The position numbers were made by a program, and so were the translations under genes. DNA of 63,372 bases, filler included, from Octopus bimaculoides (Eukaryota): the NCBI RefSeq assembly GCF_001194135.2. It is 10 parts of 9 records of this genome, joined end to end, with 100 filler letters (N's around TTAATTAATTAA, not from the genome) between each part and the next. Parts side by side here need not be neighbours in the genome. Positions count along the whole stretch, not along the records: positions 35,051 to 39,640 come from NC_068996.1; positions 39,741 to 55,132 come from NC_068995.1; 8 more parts are not named here. One strand, 5' to 3'. The notes beneath the pieces are model-generated. The model made no database searches, was not told the DNA's origin, and was given only the letters and a program-made list of their open reading frames with translations. Below are positions 38,856 to 51,735 of the stretch, piece after piece (position 1 is the stretch's first letter; every line of letters starts with the position of its first letter).

Positions 38856-38970
<115 letters not shown>

Positions 38971-39265
38971 GCGAAAGTGCTACTTTGGAAACTGTGCGAA
39001 AAGTGGTGGCTAGAGAGAGGCAAAACGTAGTATGAGCACAGACCGCGGAGAGTGGCAGAGTCGGAGAGTGGCAGAGTCGGAGAGTGGCAGAGTCGGAGAG
39101 TGGCAGAGTCGGAGAGTGGCAGAGTCGGAGACTAGCAAAATTCTCTGGCATCTCCCATTCTAAACAGATCAGGTGCTAGAGCATAACAGACTGGACCTAG
39201 TGGTGGTGGACAAGGTGCATCGCACATGCTATGTAGTTGATGTTGCATGCCTCATTGACCCACGA
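38971..39265 (+). mobile_element. R4/Dong-clade fragment after a long (AAT)n tract, with internal 5x16-bp tandem expansion
   Basis: QVLEHNRLDLVVVDKVHRTCYVVDVAC is homologous to 30470-30570; CGGAGAGTGGCAGAGT x5 at 39046-39125. Confidence 0.8.
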
Positions 39266-39826
39266 ATAGCAGACGAAATACCACTAAGCATTTCGTTCAG
39301 CGCTTTGACGATTCTGCCACACCGGGCTCCCTATACAAAAACAAATCTAATCCAATAACATCGATGGAATTACGCAAAAGAACCGGTGGAAGATTTGAAG
39401 GAAGCGGTCTTTTAACGAAGATAATTTTTTTAAAATGAAATTTTACTGCCATACAAAGCACAGGTTCTCCTATGCACGATGTCTCAGTGAAACACGTGCG
39501 ATCACACACGCAAAACCAACACCGGAAAGTTTACAAACTATAAAAAAGAAATGGAACAAAATAGTAAGTACATATATTGAATAATTACGCATACACTCGA
39601 ACGCATACACAATGATATATACGTTTTGATACCCATAGAANNNNNNNNNNNNNNNNNNNNNNNNNNNNNNNNNNNNNNNNNNNNTTAATTAATTAANNNN
39701 NNNNNNNNNNNNNNNNNNNNNNNNNNNNNNNNNNNNNNNNAATTATTCTGATAGTTGTAATCCTTTGAAACATATGTAGGAATAAAGTATGCAATTATAA
39801 CATGCGTTTTCTCCATTCCTTAAATT

Positions 39827-39864
<38 letters not shown>

Positions 39865-40905
39865 CTAGTATTCAAAAATGCGCACGCTCAAAAGGGTTTC
39901 AGAATGTCATAATAAACCTTAAAATGTATGGGACTGGTATTGTTGTTCAAAAGTATTAGAATCACTATATGTTGTTCATTCTGTGGCAGCTTAAAATGAA
40001 AAGAGACTCATGTGTGAATTACATTGCCACGATAATTATTAAACGGAGTTTTTAATATAAGAATTTGAAAATGTACAATATGCGATCTTTAGCTTCGAAA
40101 GAGTAAATTTATTATAATACTCTTCATACCAAAGTATATAAAAAAAACATAGTTCACAGTGCATTCAAATTATCATGATAATTAAAAAAAAACTGTATTT
40201 ATAATGAAGTCAATTCTATATACTGTAACAGCGAAGTACGAAAACAAAATAATCATAAGCAAAGATAATTCGCATTATGATACACATATTAATGGAATAG
40301 TTATGCGAATTAAGCAAATTATTACTGAATGTATTTGATTGAATACATGTAAATTGATAAAAATTATCATTCGTAGATTGAATTATTTACGTAAAGATTC
40401 GTACACAATTGTCTTGTTAAAATTGAGTATATGATAATTTAACTTAATCAATTTTTAATGTTATCTAATTTCCATGAACTAAACAAATTTCTTGTGATAT
40501 CAGGATGCCACACAATGTACAACATATAGTGATTCCAAAATTTTGAGCAACAATTCGAGTCCCACATATTTAAGGTTTATTGTGGCATTCTGTAATCCAT
40601 TTGAGCATGTGCAGTTTACAATTCTACTTTCTGAGGCAACGCTTGTGATATTTTATATATGTACCGTATTACCCCTAATGGTGTGGAAGTCTCTAATAAA
40701 CTGACACCCAGACGCCGGCCAACTGAAATTATGTGACTGATGTCACTGATGATGATTGAAGATTAACCAATGAAACGCGATCACCACGCAAACAGCCACG
40801 GCCTCCTTACACTTTCATTTGCAACCTAGGGATATATTGTCAGACACAAAGTAGACTCGACTATAACATTCTGTTGTCGGTCACTGCGTGGCTGACAGAT
40901 AGATA

Positions 40906-41750
40906 AACGAGGTATCATCAATAAGTATCCTGCTGTTGCCATAGTAATAAATCTAAAGCACGCACGCGAAACCGCTGTGCATGCGCACGAATGTTTAACG
41001 CTCTAGGTTACTACCGCTGTGCATGCGCACGAATGTTTAACGCTCTAGGTTACTACCGCTTGTTACAAAATAGCTTGGAAGGATCGTATGTAGTGTATTA
41101 TCATCGCATTCACCATGACAGAGCCAGTTATCATGCTGATGCCTGCTCAGAGGCCTGCGCTAATTTGCAGAAAGTGTCTGGAGAGAAGTCTATGAGCCGC
41201 ACACAAGTGTACGAGTGGTTCAGATGTTTCCAAGATGGCCGAAAAAAGGATGATATTGACGAACGTTCTGGGATACCCGCAAATAGCAGAACTGAGAAAA
41301 ATATCGCGGATGTGCGTGCAGCTGTAAGGGGAAATCATCGAATCACCATCCGTGAGTTATCAGAGTTATGGATATGAGTTTCTGCCAAGTTTGTGCCGAA
41401 ATTGCTTTCAGCTGACCAAAATGACACTGAGGTTTCCGTTGCACAGGCTCTCGTTGAATGTGTCGACAACGATGAAAACTTTTTGAAGACTTTGTGTAGG
41501 CCCCTGAGCAGGTATCACCCAGCTTTTGGCAAATTTGATACAAATTCTCTGCTCAGCTTTCTCTGTCATGTTTAATACGACGATCACACGCTACACACCT
41601 TCCTTCCAGGCAATGCTGTAAACAGAGGAAGTTAGCTAGAACGTTAAAACTCAGTTTGCATGCACAACAGAGACCAAGGTCAATCTGTGGCAAGGGGCGT
41701 TAATCTATGCGCTTTAGCTTCGTTACTATGTCAACAATCCGGATATTTAT
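40906..41750 (+). mobile_element. Mariner-type element, internally deleted
   Basis: HTH region LQKVSGEKSMSRTQVYEWF..DERSG.P and VPKLLSADQ; imperfect inverted ends (40920-40963 vs 41707-41750); 42-bp tandem duplication at 40971-41054. Confidence 0.8.
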
Positions 41751-41764
41751 CAGCGAGGAACACT

Positions 41765-42421
41765 GAAGGAAATATCCTTTTAGATTAATTCAGAAATCGA
41801 GCCGATACGGTGATAACCAAATTTTACGAATTTCTGTTGGCTTGCTTCCTCATTTCGACAGGTGCGTAGTAATAATGGTGAACATATTTAATGTGGTTAG
41901 ACAATTTAGCGTCTATTTCAGTATGTTGACAAAGAAAAGTTTTTTTCTTTTGTCCTTATTTATAATTCTATTTATAATTTCACCTTTAAAGGTATTTTTT
42001 TCAGATACTGGCCACTGATAAAATTTTTCTTAAAAGATTTACCCTTATATTTAAAGTGAATTAATTCGCATTGACTTCGGAACAGGTTAACCACTTAAGT
42101 GCTATTCCTGACCGGCTGCACGCGTGTCGAGTCTTGCTACGGAATTATTTCTATTTGGATATATTTGGGGTACTTATATGTATATATGTCATTGCGTCTG
42201 CTTTTCCGCGGGTATGTGTGAGTATTCCATTTATTTTCATTTTCAGTGTTCCTCGGTGATGAAGGAAAAACCCTTTTGGATTAATCCGGAAATCGGATCT
42301 ATACTGTGATAACTAAATTTTTACGAATTTCTGTTGGCTTCCTTCCTCGATTCGACATCTGTGTCATAATAATAGTGAAAACATTTTATGTGGTTAGACA
42401 ATTTGGCGTCTATTTCAGTAT
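41765..42421 (+). repeat. Diverged ~160-bp direct repeats ~497 bp apart
   Basis: 41765-41924 and 42260-42421 share TTTTACGAATTTCTGTTGGCTT and ATGTGGTTAGACAATTT-GCGTCTATTTCAGTAT. Confidence 0.8.
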
Positions 42422-42734
42422 ATATGTACCCTTACTGAAATTTTCCGAGAAAAATAAGTTTGGTTTTGAAGTACTCTTTTGAGGAGAGAGTATTCTCGAT
42501 CAAAGTAAGTAAAAAAAGCCCACTAGATACTGTATCAAAACTGTTAACGAAATTGGTGATGAGTATTTACAATAGTGTTAGGAATCCACATACTAGCAGA
42601 TTAACGCCTGTTTATATGCGCTGGCTACTACTGTAAGACAGTACATGAATGATATTCAAAAAGTAAACAAAACCGAAATAACCATCGGAAATTACCATCA
42701 TTGGTTTTGAAGACAGAGTAAAAGATAACTGGTT

Positions 42735-45310
42735 TACGGAAGACCATCAGTCATGTAATGAGGCTTATTTCATGCAAACAAGCAAATCAGTATACGTCCC
42801 GCCATCAGAAAGTAAAGAATGAGATAGAAATGATGCTTAGAGACAGCAAAAAGAGGACACTCACTTGCAAACTGATTACCCTCAAGCAAGAGCTACAAGC
42901 TGTCAGTGAAAAACTCAGACATCAGAAGAGAATAACCGACAGAAGAACAATAAACCAAAAATTTAACCGCAACCAGGCAGCAGTATACGGAGACATGAGA
43001 GGAGGAGCAGTAAACATCATGGAAGCTCATTCAGGAGAAGACAGAGACTCCTTCTGGAGGGAAATCTGGAATGAAGAGAAGGAATTTAACCAAGATGCTC
43101 TGTGGCTGGAAGAAATTCGAAAAAGTTACGTCCAAGACATACAACATTGATGGTGAAACTCTTGCAACTGTTATCCAGAAACTCCAGGATGAAAAAAACA
43201 CCTGGAAGAGACTTGATTGTCGAATACTGATCCCCAAATTGAGAACCACCCACATGGCAAAAAACTACCGGCCAATTGCATGCCAGAACTTAATGTATAA
43301 GATATATAGAGCATGTTTAAATCTCTTCCTCCAAGACCATTGTGAAACCAATAACATTATCTCAGCAAACGAAGCAGCTGTGAAGAAGGGGGTCTGGGGA
43401 TGTGCCGAGCAATTTCTAATCAACAAAACTATGATGTCAGAGGTGTGAGAGCATAGGAGGAATCTAGTTTCAATGTGGCTAGATTACAAGAAAGCCTTTG
43501 ACTTTGTTCCCCACTCATGGATTCTAGAAGCCCTACGACTTGCTAAAGTTCCAGTGAAAATAGTCAAAGCAATTGCTGACCTGAGTTCAACGTGGGCCAC
43601 CATATTGAAATTAAACAAAAAGAGTGACTGTATCATCACCGATAGAATACGATATCGCAAAGGCATATTCCAAGGAGACAGCCTCTCTATGATGTTGTTT
43701 ATACTTTCTGTAAATCCCTTGTAGTTCATGTTATGGAAGTCCGATGGATATCTCACTGGTTCACAAAGGAACAGAAATACCAAAATTACACACTGTTTCT
43801 TTGTGGAAGACTGAACACTTTATGCAAAGAATATGCATACGAGATGAAAAAGAGCGTTTGAAATAGTTACAACATTCTCAAAGAATGTAGGGTTGCAGTT
43901 TCATCAGGATAAATGTTGTTATAGGGTTGTGAAAAGGGGGAGCTATAAAACAGACTAGTAACATCTCCATTCGACAGTTTCCACGGTATCTGACGAGGAG
44001 TGTTACAGGTATCTAGGTGTGGATGAAAATATATCTTACAATGGCATTTGTAACAAAACACGTACCACTAAAGAATATTACAGCCGAAATAAGAAAATTT
44101 GGACCTCAGAACTCTCTGCATTAGATAAACAGTGGCCCACAATGTATTTGCTGTGCCAGTACTCATACCAACAATTGGGCTGCTTGATTGATGAGATCCG
44201 AGCAATTGATGTGAAAACCGGAAAATTACTAACAAGCACACATAATTTCCACATAAACAGTGACGTAGACCGCCTCTACCTAAAACGTAAACAAGGCGAC
44301 AGAGGCTTAACATCGATCTAAAATGCCTTTGAATGTCGAATTATATAACTTCGGCAACATCTTGCAAGCGCCGAAGTGCGTCCATTGACCAAGTTTACAT
44401 ACATTGGGCTCATAATATCATAAGACTTGTAAGGCAGTTCCTTCAGCAATACTCTTTGTCTGATAGTCTAGAATACATGCTCAAAGAAGTCGCACGACTC
44501 TACCTCAACATATTATGAGATGAAAGAACTAGCCTATATGTGCAAAAGACTGCATGGATATGTTAATAGAAAGCTCCATGATGATAGTAACATCGACAAT
44601 CAAAGCAGTTTAAAATGGACGAATAACCGGACTACTACCTCTCACTTTGAAGGGTATGCGTTTGCAATCCAGGAACAGGAAATATCAACCAAGTATCTGA
44701 TGCACAAAAGGGATCACGATGCAGACTTTGTGGAGTTAACACTGAAGATATCACCGACATCATAAGCAGTTGTCCGAAAATGTCATGACGGTATTATCTA
44801 CCGATGAGACATGACGTTGTAGCTAGGACATTCTATATTGAAATCCGCCGGAAGAATAATCCCGACGACAAAGAAACAAAATCCACAGTATGGTAGAAAT
44901 CATAGTCACTCATAATAAAAAAAAGAATACTGGTAGAATGTTCCAGTGAATACCTCAATAAAATGTAAGCACAACAGACCTGATTTAATAATTTGTGATA
45001 GAGAAAAGAAACTGTGCACAGTTGTGGAAATTAGCTGCCCAGCAGATGTTAACAAAAAGCTGAAGATCAGTAAACATGAGAACACCTATGCTGAACTATT
45101 GAGGAATCTGCAGTTACTCTATCCAGATTACAAGTTCATGTTTATACCGATAAATATTGGGGTCCTGGGATACGCAACACATTAACTAAATACCATTTTT
45201 GAAAAAATAGGCTTCTCAAAAGCAGAAAGGAGAAAGCTAATTCGAAGACTGCAGTTCTAATCCATCACTGGAACTGTAAAAATCTGTAAAACTTTCCAGA
45301 AGTCTATCAT
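42735..45310 (+). mobile_element. R4-clade RLE non-LTR retrotransposon, near full ORF, decayed
   Basis: NYRPIACQNLMYK, WLDYKKAFDFVPHSW, KGIFQGDSLS, CFFVED, RYLG, LYLKRKQG.RGL, FEGYAFAIQEQEI, CRLC zinc knuckle, RHDVVA, NRPDLII..VEISCP..K..YAEL; many stops and frameshifts. Confidence 0.9.
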
Positions 45311-45893
45311 TTAAATATATATGAACATGCCTAGATATGTAATTATATGCATGAAAATATAGACATAAAACATACAAATCTGCACATACATAAATACATA
45401 CATACATACATACATGCATACATGCATACATACATGCATACATACATACGTACATACATACATACATATATACATACATACATGCATACATACACACAAA
45501 TACCTGCATTACCCTTCAGTAGAATATTTTTCACGCTAGAAAATTATACAGTCATACACGACGCACATACATATCGTCCTCAATAAGATAAAATTGTATT
45601 GGATCCAATTCATTGGAGTTAACTCCCTTATAGCGGCTCCTGGAATACTTTTCGCCTACTATTTAATTGCCTAGATAATCTTAGATAATCGAATTTTCTC
45701 AGATCATAGTATCACTGATGAGAGACACTAGCTTATTAATATTTCAGTTCTTTTCTGCAATTAATTCACTTTGAAGTGAATGTAAATAGCAGATTCTAAT
45801 ATTTATTCCACTTGATCATCTACACAGTTTTATATTGAACATAGACATATTTCCAAGCATTCCAAGAAATTCGGGTCGTTCATCCATCCATCC

Positions 45894-45961
<68 letters not shown>

Positions 45962-45974
45962 ATATGTCTATCTA

Positions 45975-46989
45975 TCTCCGGCGCTTCATAGACGACGGTG
46001 AACAGGTGTGGTCGCCGTTTGTGCGGCGCGCTTTCCCGCAGCTCGTCTCCTTAGCCGAACTGCAGTCGTGGATTAAAGAGAGACCTAGGCTCGGCGAATG
46101 GCACCGCGAGTGTCGCGTTGCTCTCAAGCAACTCTGCCGTCCGGGACCAATCTTGTGCAACCTTGTTTCCACAAAAGCGTTTTGTAGAGGACTAGTGGAG
46201 GGGAGGTGCGACGACGATCTCGGGCAGAATCTGGGCATCGAAGAGGAACACCTAACCCGCCTGTTCAGGACAACTTTCGGGCCGGGACCTATGGACAACC
46301 ACCACAGATCTCTGGGCTGGCAGTGCTATCGAGAAGCATTACCCGTACGGGATAAGCTGTACAGGCATGGTTCGAGACACACCGGACCGACCTGCCCGAG
46401 ATGCGGTCAGAGCGACGAAACCGTTCTGCACGCACTCGTGCAGTGTCCAAAGATTTCCGACCTGTGGGCTTATGCTGAACGGCTGCTGTCACGTGTGGGA
46501 CGAGTCCGCCTGTCAGCCGAGTCTATTGTGCAAATTGCTCCGCCACCGTCCCTAAACAGGGAAGGCAAGGCAGTGTTCATCATACTGGTGGTCATGGTGA
46601 AAAATGTGTGTGGTGGACCCGAGCGAAAGGATTAGAGACGNNNNNNNNNNNNNNNNNNNNNNNNNNNNNNNNNNNNNNNNNNNNNNNNNNNNNNNAAAAA
46701 AAAAATTTAAAGAGAGAGAGAGAGAGCACTTTGCTTTCATGTGTCTATTCCCTGCTGAGGTTACCATGGCCTTTTCCGTAGGCTTTTTTTCCATGGATAA
46801 ACCTAATGTTACCCCATTTTACACAATTGACATTTTCGTGATATACGATACCCTTTTTTTTTTGCCCCTACCGATCCCTTTTGATCGGATTTGTTAATTT
46901 TTATTTTACCTTTTTTTTTTTAAGAAAAGCTCTACATTTATATTTGTCCCCTCTGTGTGCAGCCCTGTGTGGCTAATAAAAGAAAATTC

Positions 46990-46990
<1 letters not shown>
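45975..46990 (+). mobile_element. Tx1/L1-clade LINE 3' end inserted in (CTAT)n
   Basis: ~220 stop-free codons with zf-RVT-like ALPVRDKLYRH..CPRCGQSDETVLHALVQCP; 3' UTR ends AATAAAAGAAAATT; (TCTA)n on both flanks. Confidence 0.85.
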
Positions 46991-47026
<36 letters not shown>

Positions 47027-48266
47027 TTATCTATATATATGTATATACATATATATATAGCTGGGCAGCTAATTTCCCCAACTAATTTCCCAAATATATC
47101 TATATACATATATATATGTGTATGCGTGTGTGTGTGTATGTGCGTGTGTGTGTGTGTGTGTGTGTGCGTGTGTGTATGTGTAACGACAACCACTAAGTGG
47201 ACAGTTAATGTGCTAGAAGATCACATGTAATACCAAACCGTATGCGGGCAAGACAGTGAAAATTACATAAATAGAACCTTATTATTCGTGGACGGTTTCC
47301 AAATTAACACTCTCTTACCGAAAATATCTGTTTCTCTTCAGCACGATTTGTAAGGAAATCATAATTCTCAGAATCTTATACAAGTTGTTCACCCCTAGAG
47401 GCGAACGCGTATGTGGTTCTGCTAATTACAACTTAATGGTAAAAATCCAATGCCTTGTTTTGGCGCGCTAATTCCGAAAATCTCTCTGCAGAAAATGGTT
47501 ACTGCATCGCATATATCTTGGTTATGGTTAATCAAATTAAAACATCGTAAAAATCAGATATTAATTAATATCGATTTATTACCAGGAAGCCAGCACATTG
47601 AAAGAATCAGAGAGATTCAGAAAAAAAGTATCTGAGATCTCAGGGGATTAATGTATATGTGTATATAACCACGACCACTAAGTGGACAGTTAATGTGCTA
47701 GAAGAAGATCACATGTAATGTGTCTACTCAGACCTAATAGTTCGCAAAAGAAATTCAGTGAAATACCAAACCGAATGCGGGCAAGACAGTGAAAATAGTG
47801 GTCACTGTTACCCACAATGATGTTCCCATAGTGACTGTGACGTAATGATACCAAATCGCATTTTACTAGTAGATGGTGATAATCCGCATAATGAAAACCT
47901 TGTGTTACGTTACATTTTCTAGACTTTCATTCAGTCTCTACATACGCTTGGCTCACGTATCTCTATGAAATCAACCAGCAGAATAACCTGCAAGGTAACA
48001 GGATCAACAGTATTCAACATTTATAAGTTATTGGCATTTAACGCAACGGTGGGTGGGTGTTTACTTACATGAGTGAGACAGCTTTTCGATTCCCATTGGG
48101 CAACTAGCATCTACCTAGTTGGGTATTATATAACTTGTAATTTGTAGTCAATGTATACTCCTTAGTTGCATGGAGATTATTATGAGCTGTCTGATGGGAA
48201 GTTAAAAGTCACTGATAATGATAAAAATTACCCGGAATTTTTTTTTTTTTTTTTTTGCCATATGCG

Positions 48267-48284
48267 ACACCTGATGAAGGCTGG
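48267..48284 (+). ncRNA. Hammerhead 5' half truncated by an assembly gap (same family as 49109)
   Basis: ACAC-CTGATGA-AGGCTGG then Ns. Confidence 0.55.
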
Positions 48285-48294
48285 NNNNNNNNNN

Positions 48295-48356
<62 letters not shown>

Positions 48357-48981
48357 GTGTGTGTGTGTGATTTCTTTGATTTCTTTTTCTTTTCTTTCTT
48401 TTTTTTTGTTTTTAGTCGAGCAGATTCTTATAGAAATACCTTTGTATCATTCTTCTACTACTTGAACAGTTCTGCTGAACTTTAGGTCTCTTAGTATGAA
48501 CTATTAGCTGGGTAATTACCTTCAAACATACAATAGCAGCAATGTGGTTGTATTGACACCACACAATACTTCTTCTTTGTACTCCTCTTCTAGAAGGAAC
48601 AAAAGCCATTTGTATTGCTTATTGCATATATTATGAATAAAATCTCGATACGCACAATAGTTTTCCATATATAATTTTTAACGCATTTTTATATTATCAA
48701 TAAACTAGAAAGGAACCTGGATGCGATGTCAGGCTGCCTTTTCCTCCACTACTACTCGGTGCATTTAAATCATGCCTATAGTACAACATACTGTGTACTC
48801 TGTTTGCAATTATTCATCGACTAGATTGCAGAAACGCTGTCCCTATAGTGATCATCGTCTCGGGATAACTAGTGCCCTCTCCTTGCCAGTAGATCACCCA
48901 GTCCTTCTTTAGTGTAAACGAGTCTCCCAACAGCTATTCAATACTTACCCCCATGATTCTGAGTTCGATTCCAGGCAGTGA

Positions 48982-49056
<75 letters not shown>

Positions 49057-49108
49057 CAACATCGAAAAATACCTTAGGAATGAGAACCCAGCTCTGAAAT
49101 TTCCCCAA

Positions 49109-49154
49109 AACACCTGATGAACGCTGGAGGGTATATCAGCCGAAACGTTGTGTT
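49109..49154 (+). ncRNA. Minimal type I hammerhead ribozyme
   Basis: AACAC-CTGATGA-A-CGCTG-GAGGGTATAT-CAGCC-GAAA-CG-TT-GTGTT: 5-bp stem I, palindromic ACGT stem III, GUU site after 49149. The base of stem II is a C:C mismatch here but G in the 48271 copy. Confidence 0.8.
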
Positions 49155-50520
49155 AACAACAAATATGATGATGACAAATATCCGTCAATTGTAAATAACG
49201 TAAATAATGTACATAATTCCTCATCACTGAAAAGGAGAATTGTATCATTTTATACATATTTTCCACATTTATTTTATAGGTCATGAGCAATAAGGTCTCG
49301 CACCATCTCTAGTCCCAGGAAATTTCATGTCAAACTCTTGTCAATTAAATACTTGAGTTGACATCCATTATTTAAACATCACACCGATTAAATAACTCAA
49401 AATAAATTCCAATGAAACTCATAATGTGTCGGACTAAAAATTTTCATTGAAAGTATATACAAAGTACGCACACACACAAACACACATCGCTCTCTCTCTC
49501 TCTTCTTCTCTCTATGTCTCTCTCTCTCTCTCAATATATATATATATACACACACACACAAGCACACACACACACATATGTGCGTTTTTGTTCGCGCATA
49601 TGTACGTATTTGTGTGCGTTGGCGGTATTTGTGTGCGTCTACAAGTTTAAGACAGAACCTACACTTAATTTAAAAGAAACGAATGTTATAGATGTGAATT
49701 ATTCTCTTTATATTGCGCTCTATTGTACAGAAGTTATTGGTTCTACGTACGCTAACAAGAAAGGAAAAACAAAGAGAAACAAATTTGTTAAATGGTCTAT
49801 TGATATACAATTCTATATTCTGTGGAAAAGAGCCGGCGGGAATGTCACCTGAATAATAAACTTGCATGACACATGACAAAAATTGAAGTCATGTCGCTAC
49901 AGCAAGTCGCCGTCATACCCAAGAGACAGTAGGAAATAGATCATTCATTATTCATTACGCAAAGATAACAGAAAATGTCTTCCACTTTGAATTTATCTAG
50001 TGTAGAGGACTGAAGCAAATGAAAATAAAAGAAAAGAAAAGAAAGAAGAAATGCATTTAATATTCACATAAAATGAATTTCCCAAATGAAGTACAAACAT
50101 CTTTATTTAAATATAGAGATGCGGGGAGGTTTATGAATAAGAAGTGCAAGTGTTGCGTAATGAAACACTAAGATTTCTTTCAAAATTTACCTTTTATCCT
50201 ACCTAAACATGTTCAATACACACACATACATACACGCTCACATACGTATAGATAGACACATTTGTGTATATATACTTATATACATAAAAGTGTGTGTGTG
50301 TGCTTGTGTGTCTATGTGTGTGCGTTTGTCTATGTGTGTGAGAGTGTGCGTGTGCGTGAGAGAGATTGTGTGTATGTGTGTATGTGTGTATGTATACGTG
50401 TGTGCCACAGTCATAATTATACATGCATTCCGCACGCACACGCATACAGACATACAGACACATATAGACACAAATACGCGCACATATACTCTGAGTTAGA
50501 CAGACAGATACACAGATAGA

Positions 50521-50605
<85 letters not shown>

Positions 50606-51683
50606 CACGAAGGCACGTATTCACGTGTTCGCTGTATATCTGCAAAAATTGGTTTCTTAACCTTTAATTCCGAAGTTGCCCGAAACAATTTATGATATCA
50701 ACCGATCCGTATTGCCATGTGATTATCAATTTGAATTTTAATTATTTCAATTTTATTTAATTTATTCATTGTTTATGTAATTAGTCTATGCTAATGATTT
50801 TCGATATGACTGAACGTTATTCTTAGCAGTTCAGTTAATTATGTATCTATAAGGTGAGATATGCAGGAAGGGCTTCCAAGTATACTCAGTCCTATCAGAT
50901 AACATGTCTCCATAGGTTTAACCCAACAACGACTAGATTTAATGCTATATATCACAGTTATCCCTGGTAAGTTACTTGAAACCAGATATCTATATGATTG
51001 CTTATAGAAGAAAAGTTTATTTTAATTCTAAAATAAAATAAAATAGATACAAATTTCTTCTGCACCACAGCTATAAAAACCTCCTCTGCTGTAGACATAT
51101 CACACGATATCAACGTTGCTACGTATACTCGATCTCCTATTAACCAGTCTAATTACTCTTAATTATCAATATATCTAATAGATCAAATATATATAGATGC
51201 TACGCACCATGTAATATTACACTGATTTCCTCGATGCCTCATACAAAAGATTCTCTTAAAATCATTCCCCAATATTACTTCACCGGAGAAAGTTTAGTAA
51301 TAATCTAATCAATGCAAATATTCATGATTCAGTTAACCAGTTATGTTAGGTGAATTACATTCGGTTAGGTATTGCATTATGAATAAACTTATACTATACT
51401 CATCCCCAGCTGTTGCTGTTTTACTTCAGTTGTTGTCGTTACACTTTTCGTTTCGTAGCTCCCGTGAAACATTTCTGAGCAGACCTATCTAGCTGTGTTG
51501 TAGTTTCAATGTCTTTTCGCTTTACGCTATGACAACATTAATCTTTATTCCGCCATGTCGAAAGACAATGGAATAGATTTGATCAAGACTTGGCAGCTAT
51601 TTTAAGCATGCTAAGCTTTTAGACGTTGTCGAAAAATATTCGTAAAATGTACTGAAACAAAAAGAAAATTACGAGAAAAAAAA

Positions 51684-51735
<52 letters not shown>

